DNA from: Takakia lepidozioides
Lineage: Eukaryota > Plantae > Bryophyta
Direction of reading: 5' to 3'
Assembly: GCA_030704615.1 (NCBI GenBank)
Contig: CM060731.1
Location: 26,970,001-27,034,000 of the forward strand
DNA: 64,000 nt
Part shown: positions 1-12,700 of the stretch, in pieces
Numbering within the stretch: the stretch's first letter is position 1
Layout of the letters: each line of letters begins with the position of its first letter
Made by a program: the position numbers and the translations under genes
The notes under the pieces: model-generated
The model's database searches: none
Told to the model about the DNA's origin: nothing
What the model saw: only the letters and a program-made list of their open reading frames with translations

Positions 1-336
1 GGGGAATTCAAAGTTCAAGTAACAAGAGAGGGGGGTGGTTGAGTGGCAGATTCACTAATCCATCTTATACATTGTCACACCACCATCATTCTCTACCGCT
101 GTCCTCCTCCTACTTACCCCAACCCCGCTGGAGATACTTCTCAGTATTTAGTCTTAATTGGAAATCACAACAAGGACAGGGAAGGTCAGTGAGCATTTCC
201 TCACCGATACTGTGGCCATCTGTATTGCAACTTTTGGTGTTATTTGCCACTGAAGACCGCCCTGTCCGGTCTCAGTTAAGTGCGGAGGAAGGGACGCTAT
301 CATGACTCACCCCCACATTCTTTCTGTTGAGCACTA

Positions 337-371
<35 letters not shown>

Positions 372-1744
372 GTGAATTCCGAAGTTACGCAGGCGCGTGG
401 GCAACCGATTCTCACTCAACCGGTCTTGCAGGGGGCGGACGTCTAAGTTATCATCACTTGTCTAGAAGCGACACTGATGATGTTGCTACATACTTGGAAG
501 CTGTCAGTCTTTCTGCAAAATGTATGAGAAGTAGCTGCTCGGCAGCTTTATCTCACGCAAATTGTTGTTCATTTTACTCTCCGTCTGTCTGCCTACTGCA
601 AGTTAGGGTGGACGACACGATCGATGTCCATAACTTGGAAAATGCAGTGGCCGCAGACCTTCATAACCACAACATCGCATCCTCAAAGCTGGTCGTATGT
701 ATGTAAGGACAAATCATAGCTATGTCCCACCGCCAACGGGAATTGGTGCACTTCATACGACCGATGGCTTTTGCTTCTGAAGCTCACAGCCTGAAGTGGT
801 GGTCGTGGCCCTAAAATTAGGTGATATTCTTTCACGATAGTAATCCTTAGCAGTGTGAAGCAACTATACCAGCAACTGCGGGACTGTTGATGACTTTGCC
901 TTGACATTTCGGATTATTAGATTGCAGTATCAGCGCAATCTTGTTGGCGGTAATATCATGGCCATGGTGCGTTTATGGAGGATGGAAAGATGAATCGTCT
1001 AGTGAATCGTGCCCAAAGTGCCGTCCATATAAAATAAAATTGTTCACAAGTTGTGCTTGTTGTGATGGTCGGTACATGTCACTGGTTTCCACGCCTTACT
1101 GTAAGATTATTTAATACTAATCTGGATGAGAAGAAAGTAGGGAAGCTCTTACAAGGAGCTGTAAAAACTTTCAAAGGATTAGGGAAGCTCTTACAAGGAG
1201 ATATGGATATTTAAGAAATAAAATAAAAAAAGAGAGCGGCTCCAGCCTAATTATTGACCCTGCCTCCCGACTCGAGTCCCGAGGCAGGACTACGGAAAGA
1301 GGTTTTTTTTTTGTTTTTTTTTTTGTTTCTTTTGGCACAAGTGAAGGCAAGTTTACGTCACTGCGAAGAAGACTACGCAAAGACTTTTCAAATATAGCAC
1401 CGATACTCTTGATGAACAACCGAATAGTTCAAGACAGGTGTAGATGATATATTTCATCCCATATTTACAGATGAAAACCAAAAAACTCGGTGATTCATTC
1501 AAAGAGTGACACAGAGCTCCAGCAGGTAAGTAAGTATGCTGCCTCCCGTTGGCTCCTTCTGGCAGAATGCAGCAGCATTGCTTTATTGGCAGGGCTTCCA
1601 TGTATGCATGCATTTTGTTCTTACAAAAGTTCTGCTGCCCAAGGGATTCGGGGTTCGAACCAATGTGACCATATTCATTCTGCCTGTTAATACAGACATA
1701 TATATGGGAAAGGGCAATGTTTATCACAGCCTGATATAATAATA

Positions 1745-1778
1745 CCCGGCCGGGCCCGGGGCCTGGCTGGGCCACTAG
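1745..1778 (+). mobile_element. Possible Helitron 3' terminus (GC hairpin followed by CTAG|T)
   Basis: CCCGGCCGGGCC-CGG-GGCCTGGCTGGG stem-loop, then CCA-CTAG and a T. The hairpin-to-CTAG spacing is shorter than usual and no 5' TC end was identified. Confidence 0.35.
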
Positions 1779-3758
1779 TACACTAAATGTATCTAATAAG
1801 AATATGCAAAAGATACTTTCATGCAAAACCGAATTTTGTTGGATCGGAGTCCATGGTAGGTACGTAGGGACCTACGAAAGGTCACGGGATCTGAAAAGGA
1901 ATTTCACAAAGCATTTTGTTTTTGGATACAATGCGGCCCTTCCTCCATGAGCCATGAGGCTAACAAGGGATTCAACGATTCAACCCGAAGGCCGACGAAC
2001 CGACAAGGGATTGAACCCGCAGGTCAATGCCGAGACGCCCCAGGAGTCACCGCCACGATTCGCTAGTTTGAAAAGAATACATCAGAAATCAGCTTTTGGT
2101 TTTCCGAAAACAAATAGGAATTAGGGGCCGTGGTAGTGCGGCTCGTATATCCCGCCTAATGGATTCCAGCCACGTGGAGATGTTCTTGGACGCCTGCCAC
2201 CTGGCTTTGCCTCGGAAGTAGTGATTGCGCTATATTCAGACATCCAACGGTCCACACTGCTCAATTTTAGGTCGGTCACTCGTTCCCCGTGTGGTGAAGG
2301 GATGGGGATAGTACTGACAGGAGGGGGGTGGCGGGTGGCACGTGCGAGAGGCAAGCGCATCATTGGTTGTCCCCGATTTTTTTTGTCATTATTGAGTCCA
2401 CTTGTGTATAATTGTTAATTAATACTTTCTTTAATTAGATGGAGAGAGGCTTCATTTTGTCGCCGTGTTTAGGTTTTCCTATTGTTTTAGAGCGGCGTTG
2501 CACGCCATCCAAAGTTTATGTATTTTAGGGGGAGGATACATATTATTGTCACCTATCATATCGTACAGACGATGAGTGTGAAACTTTCCCGTGATTTTGT
2601 CAAAGTCTCCCCACTAGGAGTGGGGGGATGTCTGTCTCTCTCCCACTTTGCCACTGCCCTCGACGTTGTCTTCATTTTGTGGTGCGGTGCTGCTCGCCCT
2701 GGTCCCCTGGTCTTTCGCTATTTCATGGGGTTACGAATTTCTCGCTCTTATACGTGAGCTATTCTGGAGCAATAGTAAGCATGCTGGCTGCCCGTGAGTA
2801 GGGGTTCCTTGCTGAATCATGTAGCTTGCGGCCTGGTACTGCTACGGAGGTCTGTGAATGCTGGGGTTATCGTGCAGCCTTGTGGCGTTGTGCTACACTT
2901 GCATCTGTATTCAAGTCATTCTTTTGTTCGTGTTTTTCCTTCAAACATTGACCTCTTGGTGCTCATCTGAAGTCGTTTCTTCTTTGATGGATGATCCGGT
3001 AAGACTGCGTGCTCGTAGGGTTTGGTCGAGAGCCATAATCATGGCGGTCTTCCGAAAGATGTTTTGTAACGGGCAAGCTATTTCAAGAACTGAAGTGTGA
3101 ACAGTCCTGGGTGTTCTGGTGGTGTCATAATTACGTGGTGTTCGACGGAAACATTCTTCAATTCTCCTGCTCACCAACAATCTCCTAAGTACACATGCAA
3201 GCGTCCTGCTTAGAGGATACTCGTGTAGGTCTTCAGGGAGAGCCTGACGAGTAGGTGTATGGCATGATTGACCTTGGCTACGTGCAACTGCAGCAGCGGC
3301 CATTTCAGACAGGCACACATGGAGACTACTCACGTAGTGAATAACCTTGTCTTGGTTAACTTGTTGTATAGCAGTAATGTCTAGTGGATCATTGTAGTTA
3401 ATTAACTCGAGTATGTGTGATTTCTGTGCAGTCGTTGACTCTCGTTCTGAACTTCCGCGAGTGCAAGGGTCTTCTATGGGCACAAACACAGTGATCAGTA
3501 CTACATATGCAGTAAGTCTATATTGCAAACTTGTAGGAAGGCGCCCGTACTTTGGGCAGGTCATCGATAACATCTGAGAAAGCTCAAGGTCAGGCACATC
3601 GCTGCTATCTAGCGTTCCACTTCAGACACAGGATGAGGTTATGTTCGCAGCAGTTTGCAATCGGAACAACAACACAGGCTGCGCAATAGTATGCAGATGT
3701 GCCAGTCTCTTGAGTTGGACCATAGAGTAGTCGTGCCTTCACGAGGAAGGCTCTGCGG

Positions 3759-6700
3759 ATGGCTGCAGGCTCAGCGAAGGGTTTTCTGGGCTCAGCATCA
3801 TTAGGGGAAGAGAAACAGCCGTTGATGAAGGATGCTCAACAACGGACCTTTACATGTTCAGACGGTGCCAGTGGACAACTCACCAGAGCTGAGCGGGGAG
3901 TGTTATGGTTGTGTGTGAACACACATGGAGACATGGAGAAGGGGAGCGATGTGCGTACCATGCACGTGGATGCCAACCTGGAAGATGGCAACAAGCAGAG
4001 CCTTACGGAAACAGTGGGAAAGTCAGAGGCTGTAGGATCTGCGCCGTTCACTATTCGGTAGTTTCTCCCGTCCTTGACTCTCTAGCTCTCTTGACTGTCA
4101 TCAATTCTCAAGAAACCTTCTCACAGTGCACAGGCCAGGAGGAGGAGCTCTAAGGCAGTTCTAATTATGACGAACCGAGAGGGGGTACATCTTGAATCCG
4201 CCATGCATCGTATTTCAGAGACAAAGGATCCATACCACCAGCATGGGTTCTTACTAACTGTCTGACTAAGCCTTCCTGAGCCTAACGCCATCCATATGGA
4301 CCACCGTTATGAGCCACATGATCTCCAGGAGCAACGTTATTATTCACATCGAAACGGGATGTGACAGTTCGAGTGGTAGCTATGCCTCAAGATCCGGCTT
4401 TAGCAGCCTTCCTTGATCTTGCAGGGATACATCTCTGACGTAGAGGTTACAAATGGATAGTATATTCTGAAGCATTAGTGGAATGCTTGGCATCTGCGGA
4501 TGAAGCAGGCTTCATCGTCCAAGCGGGCTATGATTTGTCCGGTCTTTTCAGCAATGAAGTTTGCCAGTGGCGTGGCTCATCAGTGCCCATTGTTGCTAAA
4601 TTTGCAGGCAGAATCAAGGGTTACTGGTCCAACTACCTAGGAGACTGTGATCTACGATGGATCCTACAGTTCCTGCTACACTAGGCCATACCAATCCATC
4701 ACTGAGGAATATATGGTCCATGCGTGGTGACCCTGGTTGAGTGACAGTGTGTGGGTTACAACGGCGACGTGCCAGTACTTAAAATGCCTGGACTGTAGAC
4801 ATCTATCAATCTAGTACTCGATCACTGGTCTCAGGAGGTAGAGACTTCATGATCAAATGTCTTATATCGTGAGGCCTAAAACCTCTCAGCATTCTTGCAT
4901 TGTTCACAATTCGCTAACCGAGGCATGGGGTGGTTCCGGATACCAGTCCAGGAGATGGGCCCCGGGAGATACAGGTTATAATGTTCATATCTCTTCAAAT
5001 CGAATATATGGCTTATAACTCGTCCAGAACCTCACTGCGCCAATGCTCTTACCAGGCCATTCCCTTGTTAGGAAGTTGATAGAGGATCCGGCCCACTATT
5101 CTGGGAGTTTCGCAGTGCTGCCATCATGATTGCCGAATACGAGGCTATCCCATGCTGCCAGCCATGATGCCAGAAGCTGTTATCACAACGTTCCTTGTTC
5201 GCCTTAAGTAATGGAGTTACCGGGGTCACATGACACGTTACTTACGGCCGTAACTTATATTCTTGATTCGTGGTTCCACTGCAAGTGACAGGCTCGAATC
5301 TTATGTCTGGTGCCGACCCCACTTAGATGTCTTCTGTCCAGTGAGGGGACATTTAACTTTTGAGTGATTTCAATAGGCAGTATCGGTGGGGAGCCTTAAG
5401 AATGACAGTAGTATAGTAGAAAGAAAATACGCGGGATTTTGTGGGAGAGACTGGCTAGCTGTCTGACCTACCAAATCTCTCTGCAGTTCGGACCACTGCT
5501 TCAACCGTTTACCGGTCTCGGCCTCTTAATAAGGATCTGTTCTGATCTTTTCCCTCAGTTGACATGAAATGAATTCATGTGAATTATGTGGTCCAAGCAG
5601 GCTGTCTCCTTGATTGTAAGCTAAGATGTGCCTCTTCTTGCTCACATCTATATTCCAGGTTAACTATCATAGTTTAGAATGGTACTTCGTTTCAGTGGCA
5701 ATAAATTCTTAGCTAAAGTCTATGCTGACTGTACTTGCAGCTCCTTTGTGGCATCAGTGCGGGAGGCAGATTTGAGACAGACTTGGCCTTTCACCGAAGG
5801 ATTGCTAAAGTGGCGAACAGCCGACAGAGGTGACCAGCCTGGAATTTTACCTGCTCTTGATTCTATACCCTCGACCAAGTTCACTATTGAAGACTACCTA
5901 GGCCAGCAATTCCATCCGAGAGTTTTTGATTTGGAGGAAGTGAGTTCTGGGAGACTTGACGCTGACGCACCCAATGCAGTAGAGAAAGTTGAGGGGGAAA
6001 AGGCGCAGATAGGTTGTCCAGGAGAAGGAAAGTCACAGGTAGAGCGACTTCCGCATCAGGAGCAAGCATCAGTCAAGGCATCAGATTCTAAGACAATCCT
6101 TGACAGAGGTAGGCGAGAAGAACATGGAGGTCAGACACAAGGAATAGAAGAAGTCCACCAAATAGACCAAGAACAATTGTTCTTGGACCCTTCACAGTAT
6201 TTGGAAGAGGGACCAGCAAGAGGGGTGCCAACTGCTGTCAATCACAGTCTTCCAGAGGGTGTCCATGGCTGTAAGGATATGCTGGACCAACCTCCATTAG
6301 AGACCTGGGCTATTAGAAAGATTAAGGATGCAAGTTCTCAGCAGGCAAATGAGCTTCAAGAGAGGCTTTTGCTGGTAGATGCTTTCAATGAGGGTGCAGC
6401 TGTAGAGAATGCACATCTGAAAACACAGCGAGAAGATGCTGTCAGTGTGCAGCAACCAGTGGTTAGGGCTAAAGCTGAGGTATCAGGTGAAATAGTCCAG
6501 AGACCGCGGGACTCAGCCTCCAAGAAACAAGACCATAGAAGGGGACCTGACTCACCCGAATGTAGTGGACAGGTGCACAAGGAACCAGAGATTGATCAGG
6601 TTAGGGAACCAAAGAACAAGGCTCAAGTTAGGATACTGGATAGTAAAGGTGACGAGAGCTCTGAAATAGCATTGGACAAATATCCAGAAGTTACAGCAGC

Positions 6701-9700
6701 TGAGAAGGCTGAAGGAGAAAGCTATCATGTTGCACAGTCTAAGGTAGGCACAGAAGTTCGAATGGTGCCCTCTGCATCGTGCAGGGCCAAAGGAGAGAGA
6801 GGGGTCCGAGTAGAAGGAGGCTCAGGAAGTATTTTGGCAATTTCAGCTGCATCCATCTGCGGGAAGGAAGAGGTGTGCCCTCTGTGCCACATTTTTACAT
6901 CCTCTTCATCTAAAGCATTGAATATTCACATAGACAAGTGCCTTGAAGACACACAGGAAGGAGTGCCCTCTCCAGTGGATAAAGCCAAAGGAGAGAGAGG
7001 AGATTCAGCAAGGAGCTCAGCAAGTTTGGCAATTGCAGCTGCTAGTTCTATTGGTGGGGAGGAAAGGGAGTGCCCAGTTTGCCGCATTTTCACATCCCCT
7101 TCAAATACAGCATTGAATGCCCACATTGACCAGTGTCTCATGAACGGCCAGGCTGTGAACTCAATGGAGAAAACTGATGGTCAGTGTACCACTAAACAGC
7201 AGAAGGTCAAGGTCAAGACACAGAAGAAGCGGTCACTGGCTGACCTTTGTGCTTTGGCCCCTCGTCGGGAGCTGGAGGATTCCGGGACTGGATCTGCCAG
7301 CAGAGAATCTAGTCCAGCAGTTGAGACTGAAGCTGCTAGACCTTTTGAAAAAGAGAGTGAGGTTCGTAGACAACCACGGACGCCCTCTCTCCGGGGTCCC
7401 ATTTGTGGGCCAAGAAAGGTGCACTATCCTTCTTCCTTCTTCACTGTTGGAGGTCTTGCCACACCACCTGAGAAGAAGCCTCGGCTCTTGTCTGGTGGCA
7501 GAGGAAGGCAACTGGAGAGGTGTCCATCTCCTGATAATGGTTATCTGCTGGAGATGGGGGTCCTAGTCAAGCCAAAGCGACGACAATTGTCAGTCAAGCC
7601 GGGTCTCCGCAGCTCCAGTCACAGCCCGACCGCTAGCATGGCCTTGGAAAATGCCTCTTTTATGGTAAGCTATCAAAATCTACCTCCTCCTCTTTCGCTC
7701 TCCACTTTGATGATTTGTTCTTGCAGGTATATCTTTAACCGCCATTGCACTACTCACACCTGAGGCTGATCTGCTCATCTGGAATCGCAAAAATAATATA
7801 GACCCATTCAACATTCTGAAAGTTAGCCTCAAATTAGAAATTCGTGGTGCACAGTACGCGCAGCTGCACGAGTGCATGGTACTCACTTTGACTATGTCGG
7901 GAATGGAATTTCCAGCAATCACCATGGCACTTTTTGAAGGTCCAGAGCTGTAGAGTGAAATGTCCCTTATATCTAGATAATGAACGCTGCCATCGAAGCT
8001 TCAGGGAAAGAAAAACCCAGTTTCTATTGGTGAATACCAATCAATGCTCTATGGGTGGAGTGACCAACTTTCACGCTTCAGCATATGGCCACTCCTTGGT
8101 TGGGCACTTGACCAAGAAGTATGCAAGCTCAAACCTCGTGCCTCGTCAGGACTGCTAATTTTGGTTAAGGCTGGATGTGATGTTTTGCTAATTGTTCATC
8201 ATGTGATGGTCCTGTAGGATCAGCCACTCAATATGAGGGAACGGTCCAGTGGGGTCATCCCTTGGACGACCTTCTTGGTTTATGAGGTCTGTACAGAGTT
8301 GTACAAACTGTAGAGTTTTTGTCTCTGTGTCCCTGTTTCTGGTGCAACAGTTCAGGGACCTCGGAAAGTTTTTAACTGTGCAATTCAGCGGAACCCGTAG
8401 TGCAGTGCAGGCTGACTTATACCCAGGTATGCCCAATTTGCTGTCTGTTTTGTTTCAGTTGAGTAAAGCCTAACATCCATATAATCATCTTTTGTGCTGA
8501 CAAAATTCCCATCCTATTCTGGGAGCCTCACAAAGCATGATTGAACAGTATTTCAAACAATTGGAGGTCGTGTAGTAACTTCAACCACAAAGTAACGTAA
8601 ATCTCAACTGCCTGGCATAATGCCAGCTTTGTTTAATGTGTATAATTTTACGTTTCCCTGGAGGATATATATTCTTGGGTTTATATCATGTGAAGAACAC
8701 AGCCAGCTTACCCAGCTCATTTGGAGATGTCAAGTTGCAAGCCAAGGAGAAGGTTAGTGTGGGGGCGCAGGGGGGGCACTCCAGATGGCAGGAACCTTGT
8801 TAGGGAGTTACATTGATAAGGTAGCCAGCTGAAAAATGTGTAGGATATTGGGGTTTGGGGAAATGAAATGGATATAGTTGTAGTAGAAAGCTGAATGGCG
8901 GTGTTTGGTGAGGTACTGTTCACCCATGTTCTGCTCTGAAAAAAAACTGCATGCATTCTTATAGATCAGGAGGTGCCAGACAAATGAACTACTTTGCTGT
9001 GAGGCTAGTAGTAGGCATACTATTCACTTAGTATACCTAGTGTAACTTGAGTGTCAGACCAGCGAGTCAACTTCACTCCCGATCCCCTTACAATCTCAGC
9101 TGTTGAGGTGGCGATTATCCCTATTGGCTGGCTTCAGCTACTAAGCGTTGTGCTGTAGGATGTGTGGGGAGTATGCAGGTGTTGGACTGCAGGTCTGGCA
9201 CCTGGATTGCAGTTAGATGTCAGATGAACATGCGAAATTCGTCCCGCCTGATCCTCTATTTCTCTGCTCAGGTAGTCTTCACTCTTTTGAAGGCAACTTG
9301 ACTATGCAGACTTGATCATGCAGCTTAGCTACAAGGTCAGGCTAGCTGCACGTTGCCCTCGAGAGGTGGATAGAAGAGAGAAAGCAGTTACCAACCACAT
9401 CACTCCTCGGTGGAGGAACCTGGCTGAAGAGATTCTACTCGGGGCTGGTAACTGAGATGAACAGCTGTACTTCCTGTTGATTTCTCTTGTCACGACGGAC
9501 AATGTGTCTCGAGCTCTCATTTTGAGATAGATGGGAGAGGGGGAATGGCTCAGAGGTGGTGATGCACCGTGATTGGGGGGCATGCACCTCTCGCACGCTT
9601 GCCGTTAAAGCGAGGGGTCGCTTTATTTCTTTCAAAAAGGTGGCGGCCCCGCCATAATCGCGCGCGTTATAGACGTCTCTTTTGGCCCGCCATCCTACCA

Positions 9701-12700
9701 CGTGGCAAGAGGTAAGCAGGCCTCCCTGCATGTCGTGGACTAGTCGCCGGGCGGACTGGGCTATGTTGATGGGCCCACGTTGCCCGCAGCCGTCCTGGCA
9801 CAGGCGCAGGGTACCGACTGCTGTCGCCGCGCTCACGTTTCTCCCGCTGTTGCGACCTTGTCACATCCATTACGATGGCATGCCAGATCGTAAGAACCTA
9901 CTCGTTTTTTACCTTTGTATTTTGGGGGCCGACAGCGGGCGGGATCTTACGTATAGTGCCGCGCGAGCGGAGGTGACTAAGGTGGGACCCGCGAACTCCT
10001 GCCGGTTCCACAGCGTAGTAGTAGTTTGATTTCAGCCCGTCCACTGTTGCCATGTGTCACAAGGTACCTGTACACGGCAGAACTCTGCCCGTAACCTGCT
10101 TATAACCAACGCTGCCCAACGAACAACCTGCCAGGCTGGCTACGTAGAGTAAGGCCCTGGGACGCGGGCCTTCCCGAAATTCGGGAGCGCACTCGGGGGA
10201 CGGGCGCCCCACTTCAGGTGGGCCCGGTCCTCGGGCCTTATTACAATACACGTAAGATGAGGATGCATATATATGTTGTGCCGCATCTCTAGCATGGCGC
10301 ACTCACGAGGTTGTAATACCGACGCCGAGTTAATGGTAGCGTGTATGTTACTTAGGTGGTCGCACGGATCTGTAATGTGCCGGAGTGGGACTGTAGATGA
10401 GCCTAGCTTTGGATAAAGTTCGGGGGGGCATCTGTAGTGGGGCCCAGTATGCAGGACTGGGTAGTTGCTGCTGGTGCCGATCTTGACTGCAGTCCCACTT
10501 TTTGGCTGTTTCTCTGGACGAGGGTGTTGGTTCTCCTGTGATCCGTGCAATAATGAGTTCCACGGAATGTGGGTGGTGGCCATCGGTGACTGTAACCGAC
10601 CATGCACTAGGGCCTGGGAGCATGCCTGGCTGGCCACATTGTCGGATACAGAAGAACTGCTTGGGAAGCCACCAAAAGGTGGTGAAGTTTCCAATTTGAG
10701 TTTTTGTCCTGTATCACGTTCAGGAAGTGCATGTAGAAGAAGCTGAACTGTAGCGCACAGTGTCCACAGTACTGCAATTGAAGACGACAGGCTCCTTTTC
10801 CAGAGCCAAGTTGAGATGAACTTCCCAAGTATGATAGTCAGGTGGGAGGTTTTTGACGTGACAACACTTTCGAAAAGGACCTGTTTTCTTGATCTTGATG
10901 CAAGAGTTCTGTATTCCTGTGACAGCATTCCACTTCCACTAGAAGGTGTTGGGGACTCCAACTGTAGCTTGCAAGTTAGCATTGTAAAGTGTAAGATTGG
11001 ATTTTGTACAAGCAATTCACCATTCCCAAGAAGGCCTTTTGGGTATTTTAAATGGAACTAGGAGATACAAATTTGTGCACAAGCAAGAATCTACGGGTAC
11101 TTGGTCTCTCAACAGGGGTTATTTTGCATGCAGGCTCCCCAAGTGCAGTACTCTAGTGAGTCACAAGCCCATGAGGGTGTTGCCTCACCGGAATCACGTC
11201 CCCCAACCCCCAGGGCATCAAACAAGCAGAAAGGGAGTACTCAAACCACAGAGAAGAGCCAGAGAGTTCCCAAGATTAGGGCGAAGGGAGATGTTGGAGA
11301 CGATGACTCTGAAGAGGTAGCCAACTTAGTCTATTATGAAGACAATTGGTAATCTATTTGTATTCCTTGCTCATGCTCAACTCCTGAATATAGTGACAGT
11401 TGAATACATACCGCAAAGGCATGGAAACCAAATTTGAGCAGGTGATTCTCAAAAATTTGGATGGGCATATGGACTATCTGCTATTCAAGCAATGGCTGCA
11501 GGACCTCGCAAGCTTCTGTCATGCCCCATAGCAGGTACCTTGGTGATATGTATGCTGGTATCATATGGGTATGTCCTCTTCACCTTTGTTTGCTTGACTT
11601 TCCTTCAGTGGGTCAGTAAATGTGATGGATGCATTGTGACTTCTTTTCAAGGTGCGGATGGATGTTGAGGAGCTGCTTGCTCGAAATCAGTTGGAACTTG
11701 CCGCAACATTATGGGCATCGAAAGGCAGCAGCAATGAGCCTGGATCTGGCGCCCGACCTAGAGGCCCAGGCTCAGCGAAACGGGCAGGCGTCCCTTCACC
11801 TTCTTTGGAGAGATGCGAGAAACCACCTGCAGCAGCTGGATGCCTTTCAAAGACTTCTGTCAAGTCTGGCAATGGTGGTCTGGTATCTTCAGGAAGTCCA
11901 GGAGGTCCGAAGCTGCTAAGAAGTTGTTCTCTAGTGGGAGACATTCAAAGGAGAGTTGGGCCATCCACTTCAGCCAAGGCTGGCAGTGCCACTTTGGTTA
12001 GCCCAATGGAAAACTGCATTAAGCAGAGTCCAAGCACGGCAGGTGGTGGCCCTCCAAGTGAGCTAGCAAGTGGGCAGTCTCCAGCACAGGGAGTAAATGA
12101 AATATCATGTGACAACAATAAATGTGGCAATAGCCAAATAGTCAGTTCTACCAAAAATAGGCAGGCCGCTTTTATTTCCCTGCAGCCACCGGAAACTTCT
12201 CTGAGAGGTGAATCATACGGCTATCCTAGTATTTCCCAAACAGAAATGAATGAAGAGGGTAGACAGGAGCAGCTCACCAAAGGTGCCTTGCAACAGAGAT
12301 CTGTGAGGAAAAAGGATGATTATTTGACTTCTGTCATGAAGAGACCAGCTGTTAAAACCGAGGAGTCTGATGTGAGCAGGGAGAGTGTGGAGAGTAAGAG
12401 GCCCCGGTTGACCAATCCCGCTAACAATCCTCCCTCGACGCACGGGTCTGGCATATGCAGCAGGGTGGCATCTATGGACAAGGCCCTTGTAGGGGAAGGA
12501 CCTGGTTTAAGGCAAGACTTTGTCAAGGGACAAAGTTCACTGCAGCATATGTACACGAAATCCTTCCAGCCGTTGCAACCGGAGGTAAAATATAGATATC
12601 TTTCAAGTTTCTGTTGGTAAGAGTGCATGGCAGCTTGCTTCCCCGATCGGTCAGAAAGTGCAGAATTGTTGAATCATGGATCATCTGCCCGTATTGAGCA

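Noticed and set aside
2941-3597. 218-aa minus-strand ORF
   Set aside because: No recognisable motif, non-ATG start, and antisense to the presumed leader of the large gene.
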